A stretch of 60,846 nt of DNA, counting the filler, from Diploschistes diacapsis (taxonomy: Eukaryota), in the NCBI GenBank assembly GCA_023645945.1. It is 4 parts of 4 records of this genome, joined end to end, with 100 filler letters (N's around TTAATTAATTAA, not from the genome) between each part and the next. Parts side by side here need not be neighbours in the genome. Positions count along the whole stretch, not along the records: positions 45,744 to 60,846 come from JALAIB010000573.1; 3 more parts are not named here. One strand, written 5' to 3'. Below are positions 50,898 to 60,846 of this stretch, piece after piece (within the stretch, counting starts at the first letter, position 1; each line of letters starts with the position of its first letter). The notes beneath the pieces are model-generated. The model did no database searches, had not been told where the DNA came from, and saw only the letters and a program-made list of their open reading frames with translations. The position numbers and the translations under genes are program-made.

Positions 50898-53800
50898 ATG
50901 AGTGGCATTAGCATTAGTGATGCCTTAGGTCAGTAACATCTCGGTGTTTCCTTAGGTTGCAGTAATCAACTTTGGTCCTCGTCTTGCCTTTATTTCTCAA
51001 GTATGGTGGGTTTCATGGAGTCTACAGTATCAGGGGAACGCATGGACAAAAGATACTTACATACTAAATCACCGCCTTTAGCTCGTATATCAGCACCACA
51101 ACTCAAGATTAGAAAGGAAGGTTTGTCGGGTGAATGGATCCCTTCCACGATGTGCTGCTTGTGGCTGATGAAGTAGACTTAAAACACGTGTTGGATCACA
51201 ACCGACGAAACTCGAAGCTGTAAGTCAGTCCAGAACACCACTGATTACATCTAATAGAACCAGGAAGACTCTCAGTGACAGAAACTATAATGAACTTCTG
51301 AAAGAGCTCTTCGATATCATCAGGGTAGAAAGGTCAAGCTATCTTAAAAGCGCTAGAGGTGGTGAAGACCGCCTCAGCTCTTGCGCCGATGCACTTCGTA
51401 TCATCGTCGACCATGGGGTCAAGGCCTTTCGCCGAAAGCACACGGCTCCAGCCCTTCTTTCCCACATCCTGCTCACTCTTCCCCTACCGAACGGGCATTT
51501 CTGTGAGCCAATAGCGAAGCCATATACGAAAGTTCTCAGGACCTTCTTAGAGTATAGGCCTCATGCTGAACATTTGCAAGAGGAAGAATGGAGAGAGCTG
51601 ATTTCTTTATGTCTTGGTGGCATTAAATCAAGGTCAGACCTTCTGGATGGTCAAGACGAGGAAGAGGCGCTCGACATTGCCCGAGCTGGCAGAAGACCTG
51701 GGCAAGGAAGTCGATCAGGTACGCCTAGCACCGTAAGTTTTCCAGCCAGATCTATCAAGAGGTCCTTGAAAAGATCTGTCAATGGTCTTGGAGATCAGAT
51801 CGTGGAAGATCTTTTCGTTTGTTTGTCTTTGCTCCTGTCTGTGCCTCATCTCCCAGTGCTTGACATCTCTGGTATAGTTTATGAAGCTTTACATGAGTTT
51901 CTCAAGGACACCGCTCCCTCAGCTCAATTGCAAAGTGTTGAATACGCTATCAAATCTATCAACGCGATCCTTGCGTGGTCCATAACAGAAGATCTAGATC
52001 TTTCGACGAGGATAACGCAAGAAGTTGTTCCGCAGATACGGCGTCTGTGGCATTCAAAAGCCCATCAGGGACTAAAGGATCAAATGCTTTTACTGCTTCT
52101 TTATTGTGAGGATATTATGCAGCTTGTTTTTGCAGAAAATGAAGATTTTCGCGATGAGTTAGATCGTCTACTTGACGTGCTACGAAAGGAATACGCTAAG
52201 AGGAAAGATCTGGACTTACTCAGCTGTGAAGACCTAATTCTTGGACCGCTTGGGGTGGAAGCCGAATCTCGTCCGATGATGAATGCAATATTTCGATTGA
52301 GGATTGGATCAGCTCGAGCAGAACAAGCGTGGGCATTACTGAGTTGCATGGCCAAAGTTTCAGGTCTGCTAAGGTATGAAAGAAAAAAGGGAATATCAGC
52401 AGCCCATGACGGGAATTTGCAGATAGCAAATAAACGGAGGAAGGTGGAGGCTTTCTTGGATACAGTTACAGACTCGATTAATAAAGCTTCTGGGTCCGAA
52501 AAAGCAGCCTACTTACAGATGATAGCATTCATATCGCTGGAACAACCCCTGAATACAGAGGAACGCAAGCGTTTGTGCGATATCATTCTTCCACTGATCT
52601 CCAGGGAAGAAACTAGTATTGCCTCTTGGTCCCTACTGACTCTTGCTTGGTGAGTACATTGAACAATATGTCCCCTATAATTTAATTAATCACTTTACCA
52701 GCATATCTCAAAATACGGTTTCCGGCACGTTGGAGCCTAGTTCTGAAGCCTGGGTCCAGTGCTGGAAACTGTCAGCAAGGGCAATGACTTCGCCTTCGCT
52801 CTGCAGGCCCGCTTGCCATTTGTTAGTCTGCCTTTCGAGGCGCAATCTTGTAAATTACGATGAGATCAGCAGCACGATGGATTCTATGCTCTCCTCCGTA
52901 GATCTTAGTGGGCCGGGCTTGTTATGTGACTCTTCAGTGTATCTATGGTGCTCTTTGCTCACCGTCAAGGCCAGTCGCGCTCCGGCTTTCGCATATCAGG
53001 CTTCGCAAAGAATTAGCCAATGGCTTTATGCACGTTGGCGACCTGGTAAGTTCATCTATACTAAGGCTTAGTGAAGCTTACAGATATCAGCGGCAGTGAT
53101 TCTTACAGTGGGAACCAAGAAAACTTTACCTATCTTCGATACTGAGGATATAATACATCTCCTTGCCACGGTTCTTGGCTTGTCTAGGGTCCATGGCGCA
53201 TCGCTTTCGTATGCGGTTCCGGGACTGTTGGCGAAGGCGAAGGCGAAGCAACTAGCTGACAGACCGATCCTTGATTTTTTATTACTAATTTCAGAATCTA
53301 AATCAAAGGAGATACACAAGCAGGATGAAGCAGAAGACAGCAGCACCACTGTCGAGTTCTCTGACTTTAGATTTCAAGCCCTTTGCAAAGACATCTTCGA
53401 TTTTCTTAGTAACGAAATTAATTCAACGGTGTTGGCTGGCATTCTGGATGTTGTGAACACCAAACTTGGCGAGGAACTGTTTCGAACTGTGACCCAGCTG
53501 GGAATAGTGGCTTCAGCTCTACTGTCTAACAGGAGGGTTCAGAAACTAACCAAAGTAGGTAAACTTTCTGAAGATGTTTTGAAGCTACGAAGTCAAATTT
53601 TCAAGTCGGTCATGAGTCAAGACCAGCCATCTGTGGCCACCGATGGATTGATTTCGGCTTTCGATGGTCTGTTGAAGTTTGGGAAACCAGATATAGTGAA
53701 TGCAGGCGCTCACAGTATGGCGCAAGAGTTTGGCCCTGAGTTCTGGCACAAAATGGACGTCGACGAAGACGAAGAAACTGTTGATGACTTGCTGATCGTT

Positions 53801-56800
53801 GAGGACAGCTTAGAATCGCAGAATAGCCGAGCTCGGTCAGAAACTCAGGATACTAGTCGCAACAGAAGAATACCCCGGAGTTCTGTGACAACTCAGAGTT
53901 GCAGGACAAACCAGATCGCTCGAATCTGCTTGGCCTCAATCACCAAATTTGCATCAGGAGATGACTTGATAGATAAAAAGGTCGGTGTCAGATTTGTCGA
54001 GTACGTCACCGGGCTGAAAGCTCAGGATTTTCTATTCTGCAGAAGCTTGTTTCTTGACCTGTTTGAAGCAAAAGCCTCAATCGACGCTGGCTCGACCCTC
54101 ACAATTTTGGAATATCTCGGTCAGGAACTACTCCAACCGGACGAGTTCGAAAGGTGCGAGAGTGCTCTGAGTATGACATTGGATCTTATGACCGGGCTCG
54201 CAGATATTTGGACGACCGCCGAGGGGGACCTGCAATCTGCGGCATCGCAGCTTTACGAGTGGTATATTGAAGTAGCGCTACCAAAACGCATCCTGTCTCC
54301 AACGGCTCGTGTCTGCATGGCGAATATGCTTAGGAAGGTAATCGAGCTTAAACCCGATTATGCAAAAGATCTTTCATTGGAGTCCACCCGAACCAGTCTA
54401 TTCAGAATCTTCGAAGAAGGCACAGCAAAGGTCAAATTCTGCATAGGCGTGCAGATACCATCTATTTTCAAATTCTTCGTACTCAAGGAACATGATGCTA
54501 TCCTTGATGACATTGTGTCAAGTCTACCTTTGGAACCGGAGTGGGTCGAAGGGTCTGCCTTGAGAATCTACATATTGGCCAAACTAGGCGCGTCATGGTC
54601 CACTCTGCTTCGCCGATGCATTTTCGCCATTGTTGAAGCCTCTGCTCTTGTTCCAGCTTGTTCTGCACATGTACGCAGATGCTTCGAGCAACTAGCACGA
54701 GATCTCGACATAGGCCAACCAAAAGATCTTTTCAAACTCTTTGCATCTCAAATCATATATACTTGGCTCGATACCAAAGGGCTGAGTACAATTCCTTTTA
54801 GCATCTTGGGCTACAGCAGTCTCAAGGAGCTCCTTGACGACGTTCATTTCGAGGTCACGGCTCAGATTGTCATGCGAGGCAGAGAGTCTGAGATCCAAGA
54901 GCTCGCTCGCTTCTGTCAAAGACCTACAGACGAAATGCTTAAAGAAGCTTTCGGTCGCTGCGCGGCCTATTGCATCGCTAGAGATGCTTCTGTTCCACCC
55001 GATGCGGACAGACAAGCGGCGGGGGGCGCTGTGAGGTTGAGAAACCTTGTAGGCAAGGACTATTTTGGTTCTCTCCTATTAAACAACTTTCCGGAGACAC
55101 TGTCCATACTATTCAAAATTGCAGATCGTGAGGAGTCGATAAGTAAAGGTTTCCAAAGACATGACACGTTCTTCGCTGCATCGCATGCGTACGATGAGAT
55201 ATTGTCTTCAGGGGCTTCACAAACCCCCCTAATTGTTAGCCAGCAGCCTTCCTTCAAAGCATCTTATCTCTTAGATGAAATAGATTTCCTTTGTACTCGC
55301 ACGGACCTAAGTGCAGATGCGATGTGGTCGTCTGCGCTCTATACGTACGTCTTCCGAGAACTCCTCGACACTGTACATCCAGCTCTAGGCTCTCTTCACA
55401 CTTGCTCAGTTATCCGCCGATTGAGGATTCTGGTTTCTATGGCCGGAGACGCTGCGTTACAGGATTATCCTCTCGAAATGGCGTTGCATTCGTTGCGACG
55501 ATTTTTGATCGATACCCAATGTTCTGAAGATGTCATCGGTCTATTCAGATACCTAATTTCGCACGGTCTTACGTACCTGCAACAAGTACCATCTTTTCTT
55601 ACTGGATTTGTCGTGTCAACCCTAGTATCTCTCAGAGCTTTCCTAGAAAGCCCCCGCGACAGTACAACCCAAGAAAGCCAGTATATTGCTACAATGTCAA
55701 AAGCAAAAGAGTTCCACGGGTGGCTAGGAAGCTTGATGACAGATTACACAACACCACTCTTGAGTTCCTTTGAAACAGAGACGCTAAAGCGGATCGTTCA
55801 TACTGCTGTACAGGTTCGTGCTGCAGGGAACTCTAGGTTAGATACACCCGAGAGTGAGCTGCTTTCCATGATTCTAGAGGACGATCAGTCCGGCAGGAAA
55901 CTAATCGACCATTCGTCACGGGGCATAATCCTCAATGTTCTATGCTCGGAATTTGGGTTCTCTCCCAACTTTCGCGATGACATCCTTGGGAACGACAATG
56001 CGGCCGCACGTTGCGCTCCAGTTCTTCTACGCACGGTAATGCAAAGGCAGTCAGAATCGAACTATGTGAGGTGGGTCTGCCGAGTCTTAGGCCGCGCATA
56101 CGCTGCTACTGGAGGCTGGAGTCAGATTATCTCCAGGCGGGGTACAGATGAAATGACGCTCGAATCGTCGGAGCTCTCTCTGAGCCATCAGTCTCAGCAG
56201 TCCAGAACATCCATCTTGCGTTTTCTCCAGAGGACACTTTACACGGATGATCTGGGCAACATAGGTGATGTCGAGAGGACACTCCGAGAGATAATTGCTC
56301 ACACTAGTAAAAAGGATAATCTGTTTGATTGTATAGAAGAACTTCCGCCCTCTTTACTCTCTGCAATCTCCTGGGATACATTATCACCTCCTCGTACAAG
56401 AACTCAACCACGTACGTTGGAGGCCATTCCAACTTTGACAGATGCTTTACAGGCAAGACCTGACGTGCCTTATCATTTATGGATCAAGAAGCTATCTCTA
56501 GCTTTGGCTCGGACTTGTCCGGGCGATCCTTTGCTATCAGCTTTTGTTCCGATTCTGGAGTCTATTGAGGGAGTAGCTGAACAACTCTTTCCTCAAATCC
56601 TTCATCTTGCCCTCGTTCTTGCGACTGGAAAGCAGAACGTCAAAGGAAACGTTTCCGCAGCTGCGAGCCAATGGCTAAACGACTTCAGTCAATCCTTGAA
56701 GCCGCACGCACAGCAGATTTTTAAAGCTATCTTGTACTTAAGATCTCAACCCATGCCGCAGGAGGGTGTGAAGAGCGACCGCGCCCATTGGCTTGATATC

Positions 56801-59800
56801 GACTTTGGCCTAGCTGCAGATGTAGCTTCTCGGTGCGGAATGTACACAACATCTTTACTCTTCCTTGAAATCAGTGTTTCTGAAGCGTCTCGAAATAGTT
56901 CTCGAAGGTCTTCGGTAGCTGCAAAGCCACAAGTACCCGAAGAGATACTTCTAAGAATCTATCAAAACCTGGATGACAAAGATTGCTTCTATGGCATCAG
57001 ACAGCCTTCTAGTTTGGATGCCATGATGCATCAGCTGGAATTTGAGAATGCAGGTTTTAAAAGTCTGTCTTTCCGTGGCGCCCATTATGACAGCCAAATC
57101 AGGTATCTAGGCGGCCCGGATCAGACTTCCGAAACAGACATCATCAAGCTCCTAGACGCTGTGGACCTCAATGGTGTATCTCAAGCTCTTATTTCTACCG
57201 TAGCGGACCAGGCGTTACTTGCACAAGACGCAATGTTTATGACAGCTAGGAAGCTCGAGCGCTGGGATATCACCGGACCATCTGACGCAACGAGCCCACC
57301 TACGATTCTCTTCAAAGCTTTCCAGAATCTATACGACAGTGCTGACCAGCTCTCCATTACTAAGGCGCTCGATACTGGATTCGCGAAAACTTTGGCGTCT
57401 TTGATGCAGGATCCCGAATCTGCTAGAAACAAGTGGGTGAGCATCAATACACTCGCAGTTCTGACCGAAATTGAGGACGTTGTGTCCTCCAAGGGTATTG
57501 AACAGCTATTTGACGCCCACAGACGACTTCAGAATAGAGAGGAGTGGATGCTGCTACGAAGGTACAACTTTCCAATTACTATCTTCTTCATTCCGCTAAA
57601 CTGTATCAGATATGAAGACGTGAAGACAATCGATTCCTGTAGGAATACTCTTTTCAGTACTGTAAGTAAGAGTAAAGACCTACGAACGCTGATGAAAGTA
57701 TCGGAGAAAGACGCTAGAATTGTGGAGGTACAGGCATTATTGGCTTCATCTGGTCTCAATCGTCGACATGGTGCTTTGCAAAGTTCTTTGAAATCTGCTA
57801 CGTATCTAGCGCAACTGGTAGACTCTTGTGCGGAGCTCGGACTGCGCGTGGACGTTGCCGCAAACTTCGAAGCCTCGAATGTTCTGTGGGATCAAGGCGA
57901 AATGATATCTTCAATTCGCATGCTGCAGGATATCGTTAGCGTCGATGAACTTAGACGTCAAGACATTCAGGTAGGGAAGCCAAAGGTCCTTGCAACATTG
58001 GTAAGCCCTAGTGGTAGGCCGGTATGTACCCCGGCTGATAGCAACAGGGTCATCGAATCTCTGAAGCGCGGCTCGAAAAACCGGACGAAATAATAGCAAA
58101 CTATCTAGGGCCAGCCATCGCAGAGTTGAAAGGCACCTTGAGTGGCTCCGAAGCAGGCCAAGTGTTTCACGAATTCGCTTCCTTTTGCGACAAGCAACTC
58201 CAAAATCCGGACAGTCTGGAAGATTTTCGACGTATCGAGTCGCTTCGGGCTAGAAAAGAAAACGAGATCAGAGATCTCGATATCATAGTCAAGTCTGCTG
58301 GCTCACAGCAAAAGGAGAGAGACGTGGTCAAGAACGCACGGTCGAAGGCGAAGAAATGGTTCGATCTTGACAACCGAGAATATCAGAGGCTTAAACAGGA
58401 GCGCAGAGCACTGCTTAGTCAATCCCTGGAGAACTATCTTTTATGCCTCCGGGCGAGCGACGAATACAGCAATGATGCACTACGTTTTTCCTCGCTTTGG
58501 CTCGAGTATAGCGAGGAAGATGTTGCCAATACAGCCGTTAAGAAGCAGATCCAGCATGTAGCAAGTCGCAAATTCGCCCCTCTGATCCACCAATGGATCT
58601 CCCGGCAGCTTGATGTCGACAGTGAATTCCAAAACCTACTTTCTGATCTCATTCTAAGAATCTGCAACGACCATCCTTTCCACGGCATGTACCACCTCTT
58701 CACAAGTAGCAAATCCAAAGGAGTTAAGGACCCGGTAGCGCTTTCTCGCAATGCGGCAGCTTTGAAGGTGGTGAGTGAACTAAAAGCCCACAAAAGGACT
58801 GCGCCAACCTGGATCGCCATACACAACTCTAACGTCAACTATGTCCGCTTTGCTGGCGAGCGCGTCGATAAAGCTAAGCAAGGAATGAAAGTAGCTCTCT
58901 CAGCGCTAGTTAATGGTCGCAAGATGGAACAAGACACTCGTTCCAATCAGATTCCTCCACCTACAATGAAAATCGACTTACGTGCCGATTGTGACTACAG
59001 CAGCTTACCCACAATCCACAAGTACTCGCCGAGCTTCTCCTTTGCTTCAGGTATCAGCATGCCGAAGGTTTTGACGGCAATAGCGTCTGATGGGCGAAAG
59101 TACAAGCAGCTGGTAAGTGTTATGCCTACCCTCTCGTCCTTACTAACATCGTACAGTACAAAAGCGGTAACGACGATCTTCGACAAGATGCTATAATGGA
59201 GCAAGTATTCGAACAAGTTAGTAATTTGCTCAGACATCATGGGGAAACTAGGCAACGCAACCTCGGCATCAGGACATACAAGGTATTGCCGTTGACGGCG
59301 ACCGCCGGCATTATCGAGTGGGTTACTGATACAGTACCATTGAACGATTATCTGATGCCTGCCCACCAGGCGCATTACCCACGTGACATGAAACAGAGCG
59401 TCTGTCGCAAAACTATTGCAGAGGCACAGAGCAAGCCTACAGAAACTCGCATCAAGACTTTCCGGGAGGTCTGCGACAAGTTCCACCCCGTACTTCGCTT
59501 CTTCCTTCTCGATCGCTTTCTAGATCCAGATGAGTGGTTCGAGAAGCGCCTTATGTACACACGGAGCACGGCCGCTATTTCCATGCTCGGATACATTCTC
59601 GGTCTTGGCGACAGGCACGGGCAGAATATACTCTTGGACGAGAAGACAGGAGAGGTCGTGCATATCGATCTTGGTATCGCCTTCGAGACTGGGCGGGTAC
59701 TACCGGTACCGGAGCTAGTGCCGTTCCGTCTCACGAGGGACATTGTTGATGGTATGGGCATAACGAAGACCGAAGGAGTCTTCAGACGGTGCTGCGAGTT

Positions 59801-60158
59801 TACGCTCGACGCGCTGCGCAAGGAGGAGTACAGCATCATGACCATCCTGGACGTGCTACGGTACGATCCACTAGTCAGCTGGTCCGTTTCGCCGCTCAAG
59901 ATGAAACGCATGCAGGAGGATCAGGAGGAGGTGGGAGAAGACGATGCGGAAGGAAAGCTCCGGGCACGGAGAAAGGAAGATGGCAAGGCTGGAACTGATA
60001 AGAGCGAGGAGGGCGAAGCGGAGAGAGCGTTGACGGTGGTGAAGAAGAAGCTAAGTAAGAGTTTGAGCGTGGCGGCGACGGTCAATGAGCTTATCCAGCA
60101 GGCTACTGACGAGCATAACTTGGCGTTGCTGTTTGCTGGGTGGGCAGCTTATGCGTAA
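50898..60158 (+). CDS. tel1: ATM/Tel1 PIKK serine/threonine kinase, multi-exon
   Basis: N-terminal TAN-like exons ([13 protein letters not shown]); FAT region; [82 protein letters not shown]. Confidence 0.96.
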
Positions 60159-60362
60159 GCACGTGTAGGGGAAATTAGGCTTCTGCGCCTGGAAACTTGG
60201 GGAGCCATGGCAACTCAGGCGCTCGTAGAAATAGATATTCTCAACGTACAAAGGTCACGCTCTTCCGTCTTTAATGATTTTCCACGGGGCTACGCTAAAG
60301 CAACGCTCTATCTTCTGTGATGCCTCCTTTATCAACACACTCCTTCATCATCCGCAACACAC

Positions 60363-60846
60363 TCACCCAACCCTCCCCTCCATCGTATTCCTCCGGCTCC
60401 TCTCCCCCCTCCCGAGGATCGCCTCCAGCGCGCCCACCAAACCCACAGCATCGTACCGCCACCCTCCTTCCTCCCTATCCCGTCTGCCCCAGCACCTCAC
60501 GCACTCCACCCCCGCCTCCGCCAGCACACCTCTATCCACCTCAGGCGCCCCCTCGCCTTCAAGATACACAACATGGCTCACATACCCCTTCCACACCTCC
60601 TTACCTATTCCCTTTACCCCCTCCGGGAACCTAACTCCCCTGCTCTCTTCCCCCGCCCGTGCAATCGCCGCCACGAACTCGACCGCTCCCATTGGCGTCT
60701 CCTTGGGTCCCGTCTCCCGATCCAGACTCCCGTTCAGAATAAGGATCTTGTACCGCGGCCCTGACCCCAAACTCACGCCCGCACCCGCACTGACGCTCGC
60801 GCCCGGACCACCAGTGCCCCATCTCCCACCACCAGTAGCACCCACT
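60363..60846 (-). CDS. UPF0052/CofD-related protein (YNL011C-like), C-terminal part
   Basis: YKILILNGSLDRETGP..EFVAAIARAGEESRG..YVSHVVYLEGEGAPEVD..RYD..SRRNTM. Confidence 0.75.
   Translation of the reverse strand, partial: VGATGGGRWGTGGPGASVSAGAGVSLGSGPRYKILILNGSLDRETGPKETPMGAVEFVAAIARAGEESRGVRFPEGVKGIGKEVWKGYVSHVVYLEGEGAPEVDRGVLAEAGVECVRCWGRRDREEGGWRYDAVGLVGALEAILGRGERSRRNTMEGRVG

Noticed and set aside
1..60846. tRNA, rRNA or other structured RNA genes
   Set aside because: No cloverleaf or rRNA signature seen by eye; a tRNAscan-SE or Infernal run would be needed to exclude them.

Overview
Filamentous ascomycete (Pezizomycotina) genomic DNA with intron-containing genes. The window is not one locus. 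It is four segments (15176, 15153, 15114 and 15103 bp, in decreasing size) joined by identical artificial 100-nt linkers (N44-TTAATTAATTAA-N44), so adjacency across the linkers carries no meaning. Segment 1: pogo/Fot1 transposon ends at both termini (the right-hand one RIP-mutated), a collapsed PKS-NRPS pseudogene (KS domain joined to the tail of the R domain), about 6 kb of unassignable decayed ORF fragments, a Yap1/AP-1 bZIP gene and SPF30. Segment 2: xylulokinase, an MMT1-like CDF transporter, an unannotated Cys-repeat GPI-type cell-surface gene with ACG at the start position and a 3' frameshift, LYS2, a HOL1-like MFS pseudogene and a DCR2-like phosphoesterase. Segment 3: an AtrF-like PDR ABC transporter, POM33, a Mug135-C-like hendecad-repeat pseudogene, septin CDC3, a thiolase-like gene and the start of a DUF1996 gene. 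Segment 4: divergent NUP192 and TEL1/ATM, plus the 3' end of a UPF0052/CofD-like gene. I found no convincing intact new multi-gene system. The best leads are the GPI Cys-repeat gene, the KS-R collapsed hybrid and the hendecad/Mug135-C locus. All family calls come from motif recognition by eye, not database searches.
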